From NCBI RefSeq assembly GCF_006345805.1, contig NC_043005.1, forward strand, positions 19,778,001 to 19,842,000: a stretch of 64,000 nucleotides of DNA, given 5' to 3'. The position numbers were made by a program, and so were the translations under genes. The notes under the pieces were generated by a model that searched no databases, was not told the origin of the DNA, and saw nothing but the letters and a program-made list of their open reading frames with translations. Shown here in pieces: positions 26,711 to 41,270 of this stretch (the stretch's first letter is position 1; each line of letters opens with the position of its first letter). Source of the DNA: Octopus sinensis. Lineage: Eukaryota.

Positions 26711-26829
26711 GTCTAAACATCAAACCTACTTTCATTGGTGGGATATTACATCCTTCCTCTTCAGACTTTCATGGTCATTGTCCTGCCAAACTCTTAAAGA
26801 TTTTAACCAGCAAATAATTTCGCTACAAA

Positions 26830-27300
26830 TTATATCAAAGAGATCGCGAATAGCGACGAAAGAATTTTGACAAACAAACAACCGATTGATTCTTTAACCA
26901 ACACATTAAACAAACTATCGATTACTTAGCTGGTTAGATGTTTAACCGTTAGATATCTGACTGACAATAAAGAAGTGATATCGGACCAGTGCGTGTGTTT
27001 ATAATTACTGACGTAATGACCCTCCCGAGATATAACAAGATTTGTTTCACTACACGAATTCACAGCAAGAACCTTGAAAATCAAATCCAAAAGCGATATC
27101 AATGTTGCTGCATCCAGCTGCAACAAGTGCTTCTCCTCTCCTATGCTTCTTGAACATCTTCAAATGCAACTCTTTTCCTTCTTTTTGTTTCTCTTGTAAA
27201 GACAAATCTCTATCGATTGTGTTATGGTTTTTGCGACAGCATTTCATTTGATTGTTTCCTTTTTCTATTGTAACACTCAACAAGTGATTGCTTGAGGCTT
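26830..27300 (-). mobile_element. Possible pogo/CENP-B-type HTH relic
   Basis: KRKRVAFEDVQEA and AFGFDFQGSC resemble the HTH_Tnp_Tc5 region; weak. Confidence 0.3.
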
Positions 27301-27339
27301 GTTTTATTACTAGTTGCATGCTGTCTTGTCAGGAGTGAC

Positions 27340-27733
27340 TTACACACACACACACACCACACACACACACACACACACATACACACAAATAAACACACAC
27401 ATACACACATACGCAAGCACACACACACACACACAAGCATATACACACGTATACACACACTCATATACGCACACGCACATACAAATACGTACACTCACAT
27501 ACACACATACGCACACACACATACACACGCACGCACGTACACACACATATCCACAAATATACACATACATATACACACACTCGCGCACACACACACACAT
27601 ATATGTATATACACACACACACACACACAAATACATAGAAAAGACCATTCCGTAGATACTGTACAGTTTACATGGAATGGGAATCGACGGAGCTTCTACT
27701 GAATTCCAGTGTGTATAAGTGCATCTATGCGTG

Positions 27734-27775
<42 letters not shown>

Positions 27776-27812
27776 TGTGTGTGCGTGTGCGTGTGTGTGT
27801 GTGTGTGTGCGC

Positions 27813-27843
<31 letters not shown>

Positions 27844-27844
27844 C

Positions 27845-27881
<37 letters not shown>

Positions 27882-27895
27882 TGTGTGTGTGTGAG
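27340..27895. repeat. Opposed (CA)-rich and (TG)-rich tracts
   Basis: CA-rich at 27340-27630 and TG-rich at 27730-27895. Confidence 0.95.
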
Positions 27896-28089
27896 CGCGT
27901 TTACTCATTTGTTTATATTTGTTTGGTTTGTCATCAAATCCGATGCTGGACATCTTTTATGGATCTTTTCAAGAATGTACACGCAACGTGCAGATTTGGT
28001 CGCAGAAGGAACATGTAAATGTTTGTTGGGTAGACTAGGTATTAATTTATCTGTATACTTCACTTTTATATAATTTCCTTCCAACAGTT

Positions 28090-28260
28090 ATGCTGTCAAA
28101 GGGAACGATAACTAATAGTCTTCTCGTACTCCTCTTCAAACTGATCTTCTGCAGGTCATTGAATCTCCTTTTCATGTCCTCCAGCTGGGCACCATAGTGT
28201 AACTAGCTGTAGAGGGTCTCATTGAAACATGCGTGCAACACGCTCAAGTTATTCAATTTT
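28090..28260 (-). mobile_element. Possible hAT transposase C-terminal relic
   Basis: QLEDMKRRFNDLQKI...LLVIVPFD resembles the F..RF.D......PF motif. Confidence 0.35.
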
Positions 28261-29005
28261 AAGCTTGTATAGTAGGGAATCAATGACGGTAACGTTTATT
28301 CGTCTGATGATTCTATGTAATTCTATCGCTCCAAGTGACTAAAAAGATCTTCTGGAGACATTTGTGTGTATCATAACTTTATTTCTTGTTTATTAATGAA
28401 TACAACCTATTATAACAAAATTAATTATAGTTAAAACAACGTAAATGTTGTCCGATGGTCATTCGAAAATTACAAGAAACGTATTTAAAATGTTGCTTAT
28501 ATACGTAACTTTATAAGCAACATTTAAAAGTGGTATATTTACCTAAGGATACCAATATCACCACAATGTGAAGAAAAAACATTGAAATATAGATAAAATC
28601 ATGATTTTAAATTTAAAATAGCCATCTACGTATCATACTTAATTATAAAGACACGCGAGGTATTGTAATTTTCATCCGAAATAAAAAAAATCTCTTAAAG
28701 ATGTGCCGTGTTAAAAACACAATATATATCGGAAGAAGAAAAATCATAACAGCAGCCGGCGAGAAGAAAGATTAACCTTGTCGATGACATGTACTCACAG
28801 CTAGATGAGATTTGTCAATTCGAGTGTAAGATATTCGCTGATATTGCGAATAGCTGCCGAGCTGAATAAAAATCTGGTGTACTCAGCTGAAGCAGTTTTA
28901 AATGAAAGTGACCATGTATGTATCGTACTTTAGTATTTATACATCTTTGACGGGTTGGATGCTACTTTGTCGGACGACAATTGCTCAACTTTTCTCTAAC
29001 ATGGA

Positions 29006-29038
<33 letters not shown>

Positions 29039-29048
29039 CAGCAGCAGC

Positions 29049-29098
<50 letters not shown>
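29006..29098. repeat. (AGT)n/(AGC)n microsatellite
   Basis: Direct reading. Confidence 0.99.
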
Positions 29099-29589
29099 CT
29101 GCAGTAAGTGCATATGAATTCAGGTTCAAGCTAAGCCTTTGATGGAGCGGTGTAATATGAAATGGATTTCAGATCATCGGAAGTTTAACTTAAAATTGAT
29201 CCATAAGTAGACTATGAAAGGTTCAAAGTTCGCGTATTAAGCAATGTGTTAAATGGTTTGATGGCAAACCAGTTAGAACGAAAACCAGAAATCACAGCCG
29301 TCACTCATGAGCGGGTATATCTTGTTAGCATGCCTCATGTTTACGCGAATTGCTTTAGGTGCCAATCAAATGTCAAATACATGGATACACACTCAATCTT
29401 CACACCCTTGATCCAACAGAACATCGAGGATATGGCAGCTTGAGGGAGAGCGGGACACACCAGTACTCGCTAATCTTAGCTGAGTAGACTAAACTGAACC
29501 AATGTGAAAAGAAGTGCTTTGGTCAAGGACACAATGCATCGCTCTGTCTAGGAATAGAACCCACAACTTTATGATCCCAACACGAGTAT

Positions 29590-29868
29590 TTATTATAATA
29601 GGAGACCATGGGATTGCACTTAGAAAGTTACCCTCCGAGGCACAAGTCTGGGCAAGGTTGTTTATGGAAGGCTAGCAGTTGCCCACACCACTGATGTTAT
29701 CAGGCAAAGGCCGATACAGCTTGGCACTAGTAATGTCACTGAGTTAACTGGAGCAACGTGAAATAAAATGTCTTGTTCAAGAACATAAAACGCAGCCCGG
29801 TCCGGGAATCGAACTCACAACCTCACAATCGTAAGCCCGGTGCTATAACCACTGAGCCATGCGCTTTC
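29590..29868 (-). mobile_element. SINE-C
   Basis: ctggagcaacgtgaaataaaatgtcttgttcaag..gggaatcgaactc..accactgagccatgcgc. Confidence 0.75.
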
Positions 29869-30320
29869 ACTTATTATAATAACAGATATTTAAATATATT
29901 AAATTCTCTTTTTAGGGATCTTTTTTTTGGGGGGGTGGGGGGGGTCATCTTATGTGTATGAAAGAGAGAGAAAATAGACAGACATGCAACCAGACTCACA
30001 AACAGAGAGAGAAAGAAAGTGGGGGACAGACTATCACGTATACCTCCATAAATAGTTTCTAACATGGACACAGGGATAGAAAATGTGGAGGAAGAGATTA
30101 GACGAGTGTATTAACCGCTGTATCTGACTGGACATTTATCTATTCGAGCTCTGAAAGAATAAAGGATAAAATTTCACTGGAGGGGAAGTGAACGCAGAAC
30201 ATAAAGATTGGATACAAACATGAAATGTGTTTCTCCAACACGATGTTTTTGGCCCGTCCAACGAATTTGTTTTAATAATTCAATCACCGAACCGATTAGC
30301 TACAATGACAGCAAAAATGG

Positions 30321-30921
30321 CTATTTCTACTCTAGGCACAAGGCCTGAAATTTTGGAGAGGGTACTAGCTGATTATATCGACCTCAGTGTTTCACTGGTA
30401 CCTAATTTATTGACCCCGAAAGGATGAAAAGTAAAGTCGACCTCGGCGGAAATTGAATTTAGAACGTAGCAACAGACAAAATACTGCTAAGTATTTCGCT
30501 TGGCGTGCTAACGTTTTTTTAATTTCTTTATTGCCCACAAGGGGCTAAACATAGAGGGAGCAAACAAAGACAGACAAAGGGATTAAGTCGATTACATCAA
30601 CCCCAGTGCGTAACTGGTACTTAATTTATCGACGCCGAAAGGATGAAAGGCAAAGTGGACCTCGGCGGAATTTGAGCTCAGGACGTAGCGGCAGACGAAA
30701 TACCTATTTCTTTATTACCCACAAGGGGCTAAACACAAAGGGGACAAACAAGGACAAACAAACGGATTAAGTCGATTACATCGACCCCAGTGCGTAACTG
30801 GTATTTAATTTATCGACCCCGAAAGGATGAACGGCAAAGTTGACCTCGGCGGAATTTGAACTCAGAACGTAACAGCAGACGAAATACGGCTACGCGCTAA
30901 CGTTTCTGTCAGCTCGCCGCC
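30321..30921 (-). mobile_element. Three adjacent SINE-A units (one with type-2 tail, plus a tandem dimer with type-1 tail)
   Basis: Units at ~30321-30515, 30521-30703 and 30704-30921; the head gccagctcgccgcc-like sequence lies at the right end. Confidence 0.9.
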
Positions 30922-31738
30922 TTACAAAAATAAAGCAAAGAAAACCAAGCAATGTTGAATTCTAACAAAGGCACCAGCCGACAAATTTTGGAGAATAGAG
31001 AGATACATTTGATTAAATCTACCCCCAGTGCTTAACTGACAATTTGTTACATTTTTAAAAAAAATAATAAATAAACGAAAATTCGATTTATGTGGAATTT
31101 GAACGCAGAACATAAAAATATGCTTGATATTAGCATCGCCTCCTGACCCGCACACAAATGATTGTACCAATAACTCTAATTGAATAAGTATATTCAATTA
31201 GCGTGTGATTTCTGTTTCTTTCGCCAAGTTGGATTATTCAAGCCTAGGGCTAAACAACAAAAATAATTACCACGCCTAGCGAGAAAAGTAGCTTTGATAA
31301 TGTGACTAATTATTTACGCTTCACTATATTATGACATCTAATAATAGCAAGCATATATGTGTGTGTGTGTGTGTGTGTGTATGTGTGTGTGTGTGAGTAC
31401 ATACAATGCGTGTTTGTTTGTATGTATGTTTGTTGTATGTGTGCGAGTGGGTGGATTTATCCTAGTGTGTATGTGTGTGTGTGTGGGCTCGCGCGTGTGT
31501 GTGTACGAAACGAGAACAATAAATAATACGGAAAGCATAATACCAAAAAAGAAAAAAAAGAAAAAAATATTTTAATACGTTCAGCAAGAAAATTGTTCTG
31601 GCGAACACTTGACTCAGAACGTTATGTCATACTACTATTGTTTAGTAATTAGTTCGTACGTGTGTGCTTACGGCTGGGTAGGTGGGGGAACTCGATAAGT
31701 GGGTAAGCGTGGCTATACATACATACAAATATATATAC

Positions 31739-31780
<42 letters not shown>

Positions 31781-32012
31781 AGAGAGATAGATATACACAT
31801 ATACATACCTATATATACCTATATATATATATGAGTACACACACTCACACACACACACCACACACACATATAGATATATATATATATATATATTTGCCTG
31901 AATATTATATCCCTCCTCTGTGTATATATAGAAATATATATATATTTATGAATACGCACACACACACACGCACACATACACGCACACACACACAAACACA
32001 CACACACACACA

Positions 32013-32101
<89 letters not shown>

Positions 32102-35100
32102 TTTCAGAACTATATAAAAATCCAAAGCCTTGGTTTTTGATCTCATTCTGAAAAAAATTTTTATATATACACATGCTGATATATGACCTACGTTGGACCC
32201 CTTCACGGTCTGAGTTCAAATTCTGCCAAGATCAACTTTGCTTTTCATCCTTTCGAGTGTCGATAAAATAAGAACCAGCTGAGCACTGGAGTCGATGAAA
32301 TCGATTTATTTGCTCCCCCCAAATTGCTGGCCTAGTGCCAATATTTGAAAACAATATTATTGATTCGTTTTGCATAAAAAAAATTTTAATAATGACAAAT
32401 CTTGCATGGAAATTATTGATGCATTTCTAATTAAGAGTTACAAAAAGAACTAGTTTTAAAAAAATATATTAAATGAATTTCGCTTTATTGACCATAATTG
32501 TGGTATAATTAAATTATAAAAAACCATGCATGTGCGGCTTCTTTTTCTCTTTCTAATTTCGAATTAATTTTGACAGGCCTCTTGATTACAAAGTTGAGAA
32601 GCAAAGCATCATTTTGTTCATTATCCTTTAAATCTTAAGAAGGTGTTTCAGATTTTTGTTGTCCCAGACACTGTTCATTTGTAACGTTTGAATTAAGGAG
32701 CTGCATTCTATCCTCAAGAACCCAAATTTAAACATACTGGTATGTAGCCATTTAATTTGGGACTCTTTAAAGCCGGTACACAGATTACCAAGACTTCATC
32801 CAGATCCTCATGCAGCAATTCGCAATAACTAAACTGTTTGTGGCTGCTGGCTAATTTGGTAGACGATCTCGGAGAAGCAGTGGCGCAAGGGATATAGAGT
32901 GCAGGCTTACACAGGCAGATATGTCCCGTTGGCCTGTACGTGTCCAGGGAAAGAAACACCAGGGGAGTGCATTCTGAAGAAAAGTTTTGGAGCTCAAATT
33001 TCAGGTAGTTTCAAGCAGACTAGATTACGAGTACATACGGGAATCATTGAATTCAAGCGAATAAAAGTCAAGACTGGTTCGATAAGGTTTCCAGAACAAA
33101 TCCTCGATTGCAATGACCACTGAACAACTAGTGAGGGTTGGACCCTTTCGGCACAGAAACACAAACCTAGAAACCCCACTTCTAATCTTGATGAAAACTT
33201 TAACTTATGTTTATAAGGACATTAGCATACCTCAGGCGTTCAACAGCTGCATTTATTCTTTTCTGAAAATTTGGTAGTTCTGCGCATTTACCAAAATATC
33301 AACGAGGAAAACCAACTTTCCAGTGATTCCTTTTGAAATTAATTGCATTCAAAAACTTTCGGCCTATTTGCGATCTCTTCATTCTAAAGCTGGCATGCAA
33401 CCTTTTCCGAGTAGATAGCTACATAAGACATGATACATCATCTCGCAGGCAGCGCTACTAAAAAAATTCAAGGAAATCTTTCTTTAATTGTGCCATTCAG
33501 AAAAGATCCGCGGGCCGCAGGTTGTCCATAGCTGTTTTTAAAAGATTAGTGTCAAGTCTTCAAATTTCATCAACTTTTTCTCCAAGAGATAAAAGTTGAT
33601 GTCTTTGACTCCCGTAAATCCAGCTTCCACATTCTGAATTGGGTGCTTAAATGTCTGTACATGATTATCATGTCACTACATGATGCTTTATAATCTGCGC
33701 ACGTAAGGAATCTGTACACATATGGAAGCTTCCATCCTTGGAAATTTATGTATGTTGCATAGATTATGAAGTAATTTAGAAGTCCAGACTATGGGTGGTG
33801 AATTTTTAACACTTTCATATAAACATGGGGCAATTATTCTGTAAACTTATTAATTCACTAACTTTGTTTTTCAACTGAATAGGCACCGGCTTAGCTGGAC
33901 AAACTTTATCTTCAGTTGAAGGAATTAATGCAATTGATGCATTGAAATTGCTAATTGGCTCTAAGCTTTCATGTAAATTAACAGAAAGAGAAGACACACC
34001 AGCATCAGATAGTTCACATCCAATAAATCCAGCATTTGGGAATTTCAGCAGCTACAAAGTGCCCAGACAAGAAATATTATGACTGATGACAATTTATTTC
34101 TCTGATAATCTGCAATTCTGAACCATCCTAAGAAAACAGCAAAAGCTTCTGCCAAAATAAGTGGCAACAGAATCTCTTTACATATCTACAAGACTAGGTT
34201 TTGTGAACAACTTATTTTAACATTAGTAAAGTGATTTCCAGAAAATATGATCGTATTATTTATCATCATTACTCCCTGAATCCATATAACGTTCAGTTTA
34301 TTCTATATCTATATTATGAAAAACCTCAAGTTGACAAGCTTTCATGAAATATCCAATTTTAACATTTCGGCTTGGAAGCAGGGCATCTTCGAACAAGGAA
34401 TCCCCTTCTATAATCACCATAATTGCTGCTGATGTTTGATGAGTACCTTTAGAAAGATTGTTGTGGCCGTAGATTAGCTTTATTATTACTATTATAGAAA
34501 TATTTCAGTTTTTGTGTCAATCTTATCAGTATTATTAAAAACCTCGAAAATTGGAATACTACTGCTACTTATTTCATTTTGTTTATCTATTTTCTATTTT
34601 ACTGCTTGCAAAAAAATGTTGGGACCTTAAAAATACTAATATCCTTAGATATTCAGGCATCTAAAGGTACTCTATGATAAGCAATTTATGTTTCATATTT
34701 ATAGATTTCTTGTTAGATAAGTAAACCATCTAAATTAACTCCTGTTAAATATCATCTTTCAACTGTTTAAAATATCAAAAATAAGCTGAAGAGTTAAGAC
34801 TCATGAGAAAAAATTTGTTGGTAACTCATTTTTGTACTTGATCTCCAACAAGTTCACCCTTCCAGAAATTATTAACATCTGCTTTGGTTATATTCCAGAT
34901 TTGGTGGTTTCTATTTGTTCTTCATATAAAGTTTCATCAAGTGTTTTACAAGACATATCTGTAATTTTATGACAGTTTCAATTCCACATTTTGAGAGGAA
35001 TAATTCTCCAGAAGACACCTCTTGAAAATTTGAAAAACCTTCAGTATATCATCTGTTAATGTAAACCGACTAAGTCGTGTAACAGCTTGATTTCAGTCAT

Positions 35101-37369
35101 CAAGACTACGTTATTTAGTTTCTTTTAATACTTTCCTTGATAATTATTCTATTTACGGTCATTACGATCATTTAGTCTTATATAATTACATAATAATTAT
35201 ATAAAACTAAGCAATTAGTTCAAGTCTTCACTAACTTTATCCAATCTACACACCTAGCTCTTACATCAACCCGTACATTTTAAATTGTCCTGGCCACATC
35301 CAGACATGCAGAAAGGCATTTCAGCGCCATAACGAATCAATGATATCCCTGTCTGCATGAATAGAGTGCAGTTTGTATTTTTTAGAAATATATTTCAAAA
35401 ATTTTGTTAAAAACAGAGCCGTTGGGTAATCCAAGTATTATACAAAGCCAATCAAAGTACTGTAGAAATACAGCGTGTATAACATATTGATGCACATTAA
35501 TCATTATTTTAGTATCAATATCGAAAGCCAATAGAAATAGAAGTTAGCTAACACAACAAAGTATGAATTTAAAATTATTGTTGGGCAGACGCTGATTTAT
35601 TGTATACAGAGATCTCAGCGAGTAATATAGTTTTGCATCCGGCTGTAATATCTCCATAATAAGATAAATTTTCGTTCAATCCTGGGTATTTATGTACTGC
35701 ATGTTTAAAAGAAGAGAGAAAGGAAGCACAAAAGTGAATTGACATCCATAATGTGTCTATATGTATGGGTATGTGTACGCGTGTCTGCGTGTGTATGTAT
35801 GTGTATTGATGTTTCAAAGAATGTATGCTTTTCTTGAAGTTTAATTAAATTATTCTTCACAGAATTTATTTGTACATGTACATATGCACACATGTGTAAG
35901 TACATGTGTGTGCATGTATGTATATCTGTATCTATGCATGCTTGCTTGAGATTTATTTAAATTCTTTTTCGCAGAAATCAAGTTTGTATGTATGTATGTA
36001 TGTATGCATGTGTGTGGTGTGTGTGTGTGTTTATGTATGTATGCGAGAATTGTATATGTGTTAATACAAAAGACAAGACTACATGGTAAATACAAGATGT
36101 TGAACGTCCATGTATATATTTGCACATGAATGCATGGAACTAACTTTATGTGCGAGTATCTATATTTTATATGCATGCTGGTCTTGTTAGTATTCGTCTA
36201 AACTGGCCGCGTGCCCGTATAAATAATGTATATATGAATTCATATGTATGTCTGTGTATATGTATGTATGCTTGTTTGTATGTGTGTATATATTTATGTT
36301 TTCCTTAGGAATTAAATTCTTCACTGAATTCAACTGTATATGTATATGAGCGTATTCATGTATAAATATATAGCTGCGTGTCTGTATGTGCATTTATATG
36401 TATGTGTGTTTATGTATGTCTAAAGGAAGAGACTGTATGAACTCAAGAAAATATCATTCTGAACATTTGAAGGCAAAAAATGCTATCTCTTTTTCACAGT
36501 CTACCGTGTGAAAAATCAGATACAAATAAGATACATGTGAGAAACATAATATATAACTCAGATATAATATATGAGAAACTGGTTATTTTTACTGATATTC
36601 CATACTTGACAATATAATTAGGGTCCCAATAAACACTAGAGTCGTATATTGTGTAAGGGCTCGCCTCTGAGTAGTAGACGCAAACTGCTGTCTAACTTAT
36701 CCCTACCACCATAGCTTTGGGCACTTCGAGTAGAGCTTATTCTGCTGGTCTTTGCTCTGGAGATAATTTCCTTCAATCCTCTCACCAGTAACTGAAAGGT
36801 ATCATGGAGGCCTTGAAAGGCTTATGAGCGCTTCCCTTCTTCTTCTTCTGGCGAAGGTATAGAACAAAAGGAAAAAAGGTGAACGGCTTTGAAGAACCGA
36901 TTTCATTCCAAATGAAACGCTTGAGTTTCATCGAACACGTATTAGTTATAAGCATGTCCTTTATGTAGAAGGTATAACAGGGAAAATTTGCAAAATATCT
37001 AACTCTAACACAAGACTACGTATTTGTTTGGAAATTTTATACAACAAAGTGAACTGATATAGTATATTACTAGTACTTCTGTTATCGATCTGGGGCAGAA
37101 TAAAAGACAAACATCGAACTCTGCAGGTTGCTTAAACCCTTTTGACAAAAACCCATATAGAGAGCGCCCCCTCATCTCATGATACTGACTTGCTCTTTTA
37201 AAGGGAAGTACATTAACACCTTCCAAGAAATTGTCATGTTAATTTATCCCTTTTGATAAAAAACCCTTTTTATGCTATTACTCATTGAAATTGTTAAAGA
37301 AAGTCCTTAAATGTCGTAAAGTATTCTGTCCAGTGCTTTTCCTGTTCTGCTACTCCACAGTTGTCTCTT

Positions 37370-37960
37370 TAGTGGATGGAAACGTCGACGTTGTTGACCA
37401 CTTCACTTAGCTCGGCTGTGTCGTGCAGTTGTGAACACACTGGACAAGGTAATTTGGCACTTCCACATCTGAGCAAGAGAATAAAGGCTCGCGTCTCCGG
37501 GCCTGTGGTCCTCTCTACCTTACTTTATAGTCGGGCTTTTATAGTTCAGGGCCCTTAGGAGCCGCTAGGGCTCCTTTGGTATCAGGACGCTTCTCGCAGA
37601 ATTATGGGTTACCATTGGTCGGATTTCATATCCAAGTAACGATTATACTCAGAAATTTGGATGCGTCCTGTTACTTTTGTTTTGGCAGCGTCAGCTCAGG
37701 CTGTTTGGCCATGTTGCTCGATTTTCCGAATTAGCTCCTGCATATCGTGTTTTCTTTTCTGAGGATCTGGCTGGGGTGATGACTCATGTTGGTCGACCAC
37801 ATGCCACATGGTCACTGCGGATGAAGATGTATCTCACAGAGATGGGGATTGTCTGCGACACTGCTCAGAAGATTGCTCGGTACAACCCAAGCAAATGCTG
37901 ACAAATGATAAATGGAGCGACGCGCTGCAAATGTGCATGTCTCGACACTTGACCTGACCC
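37370..37960 (+). mobile_element. RTE/RTEX-like LINE 3' relic
   Basis: Peptide scraps VVDHFT*LG, LSKRIKARV..VLSTLLYS, RRIMGYHWSDFIS, RQLRLFGHVARF and GRPHATW; ends in a tgacctgacc tail. Confidence 0.75.
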
Positions 37961-39600
37961 TTTGTATTTACATGTGGATTGATGAATCAACAAGGGAATT
38001 CTCTACGTGCCCGTGCAACATACAAGAAAAAGAAGTCAAATTTCTTTCGGATAACATTCACATTCAACAGTCATTATAAAGGAAGATCTAAAACGAACAT
38101 GGGATGGTTACGATCGCCGTCTTTAAAAAATGGTTACAAAATAATGTAGTACTGGATATATATACAAAACTGTGGAATGGTCATTGCTCTAACGTCTTTG
38201 AGCTTATATTTACTCGTTTGCAAGGTGTAGGTTGATGAGTCAATGATGTGGTTCCCTAAAGGACCTCTCTACGTGCTAGGAATACCAGTCAAATACCCTT
38301 CATACCACACCTAACTATCTTTTTGTACGAAAAGAGTCATCGTTAATGTAATCTTATAACTACTACGCTTGGAACTAAAAAAGACGAGACAGTCATGGTT
38401 AGAACGCTTTTGAGCATGTCTACTTGAGGCTAAACAAAACAACATATGGATTGACAGTGATTTACTTGGAAACCTTGATTAAGTTGTTTAATTTATATCC
38501 CATCCTTCTTCAGTCTTTCCAAAGAGGCGCCACCAGCTCATGTAAGAAAGAAAAAAAAAACACTTAGAAACAAAGCTGCACATTTTCCAATAGTCTATCG
38601 ACTAAATCGAGGTTCTGGGACAGTAGAGTACAAAACAATATACACAAAGTATTCAACTCTGCATGTTTAGCCCGTTACCAAAAACTGTGACGTCGAGATG
38701 TGTAACAAATTACTTTCGTTCCAACACTTCGTTCTGAATCTTTAAAAATCTATAGAGAAAAAAAAATAATATAAAACAGATAAATCAAATAAATTAATAA
38801 ATGAATTAGGTAAATAAATAAATAATAAATAAATAAAAGGAGGGGTAAAAGACTAAACGAAATGCATTTGATATAACTAGTGGTATGCTTCAAAACTAAA
38901 TTCGTGGAAGCGGAGGAAAAAAAAAAGAGAAAAAGATTATAATAGGTAGAAGAGAAGAAATAACTGGAGCGATACAAGCATTGACTAATGTATGTAGTAG
39001 ATAGAGAATAAAAGACTATCTAATGTACGTTAATTGAAAAAAAATTAAGCTTCTGTTATGGAAAAGCTCTTTAGGAATGTGTTCCAAATGCTTGATGTTC
39101 CTGGAAATGTGGATTCACCAACTGCAGACTGGAGTCATGTACTACTAATTTAAATTGATTGGGGTTGGAAGAAAGAGAAGAAATATACATGCAAAAGAAA
39201 AAAAAAATACTTGTAGAAGTATTGATTTGTGCGAAGTCATTGAATAAATTCAGAGTAATAAATATATTTGTTATGTTCTCAATTATGTGCAGAGGAGCGT
39301 TCAACTGCCAGAGACAGTTTCGCAATAATAATGATTTTTTTCTTCTTCTCTTTACGTAGGCACAAAAAGCCTAAGAATTATAAAGAGAGAAGATAAGTTT
39401 GAGGCTGTGTGAAGTGCATTAACACCAGAGATGGGAACCTTTTTTTTTTTTTTGCGGCTGCCCGACCCATTAGAAATAGCAACCAAATCACACTTAAATA
39501 ATATCCTGTACCCTAAAAAATATAGTCACATTGGATAATGTTTGTTGAATCTACAATCACGCGGCTGCAGCACTTTTGATCACATATCTTCCCAAATAGA

Positions 39601-39644
39601 ATAGTAGTAGTAGTAGTAGTAGTAGTAACAGCAGCAGCAGTAGC

Positions 39645-39675
<31 letters not shown>

Positions 39676-39680
39676 ATAGT

Positions 39681-39752
<72 letters not shown>
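39601..39752. repeat. (AGT)n/(AGC)n microsatellite
   Basis: Direct reading. Confidence 0.99.
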
Positions 39753-39969
39753 CAAGCGAAATGGTGATGAATAAGAACTGAAGCCAACCCGAATTGACTG
39801 AATGTCAAATTAATATTTAGACTAAAGAAAACGCTGAATAACAGAATGTCAGAACACCGTAATTTACTTATACTTCTTTGAGTTCAAGTCCTGATGACGT
39901 CAGTTTTTTCTCTTCATCCGTGGCCGCCGAAATAAGGTGCCGATTGAGTATTCAGGACAAGGCAACTCG

Positions 39970-40200
39970 GCTACGGCTATCCCGTCCAGTACGAGAGGAA
40001 CCGCGGGATCAGAACAACGGTTTGCGCGCTCGCTCGATAGAGCGGTGGTGCCAGGCTGCCTCTGAGTGATAACGGCTGAACGCCTCTAAGCCGGAACCGT
40101 AGCTGGACCCGAGTTGTTTTCCAAAAGCGTCTCAACCTCAAGGCGCATGCCTTAGCTCGGCGTTCGCCGTCAGCCCGTCGCAATATTGAGCTGATGTTAG
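39970..40200 (+). pseudogene. Isolated fragment of large-subunit (28S-type) rRNA, 3' domain
   Basis: Sarcin-ricin loop AGTACGAGAGGAAC at 39988-40001, closed by helix ATCCCGT/GCGGGAT, then GCTGAACGCCTCTAAG at 40075-40090. No other rDNA is in the window. The right boundary is uncertain. Confidence 0.88.
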
Positions 40201-41050
40201 AAATCAATATTTAGATTAAATAAAGTAGTGAATGGTAAAATCAGTAGAGCGTTATACAACATGCCATGAGATATTAAGTTACTCTTCTATACGTTATAAT
40301 GGTACAAGCATGGCCGTGTAGTTAATAGGTTTGCATTCCAACTGTATGGTTTCTGGTTCAATACAGCTGCGAGGCACGTTCCGGTAAATGCCTTCTATCA
40401 CAGCCTTGGGTTCACCAAAACCTCATGATGGATGAAAGCTGTATGGAATCCAGTCTTGTTCTTGGATGATTGACTTATAATTTAATCCGTATATTATTTT
40501 AACATCCTTACCTAGGCTTTCAGTACCTTTAGCGGTTCCTACTCTTTAAGTATGCAAGCCAGGTTACCACCCTGGGTGTTATTTCCTCCCACCATTCGGG
40601 AGGGCTTTGAAATAGTATATGGACATTTACCTTTCTCTTTTGCCAGAACTATAGAAGGTAAAAATAATTTCAGTTTAACCGAGTCGCTTCACCTTTCATT
40701 TACCGGTAATAATAAGAAACATGCGGGTCAAAAACTGGAGTCCACAAGATACTTTCCTCCACAGCATCCAAAATTCATAGCGATGTACTTGTACTAAATT
40801 TTAATCACTGTCCAACAGGGACTAGAGATTAGGCGATGGGGAAGAACAGTCTACGAAATCCTTTAAATCCCAGTTTGGTACTTTATTTTATCGATCCCGA
40901 AATATTGGAAAAATCAGGTCGGTTCCAGTAAAATGTAAACTCAAAACATACAAGAATATCGATGAATACCACAAAACAGTTGCTTGTCTTCCATTACAGA
41001 GTCTGCCAACCAATACCCAAATACATAGAATATTTCTCTCTCTCCCCCTC

Positions 41051-41101
<51 letters not shown>

Positions 41102-41238
41102 ATCTCTCTCTCTCTCTCTGTACCAAATCTACCAGTTAATACCCTTTATACACAAGACTTTCACTTATACCCCCTCTTCCGTATTTGTCTACCAACACCG
41201 CAATACCATAAGACATTTGCTATGTCTCTTTCGCTCTT

Positions 41239-41270
<32 letters not shown>

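Noticed and set aside
33200-35100. Possible pogo or hAT relic (GWFR-like scrap; atccgcgggccgcaggttgtcc terminus-like sequence near 33505)
   Set aside because: It is too decayed to support a call by eye and needs an HMM search.
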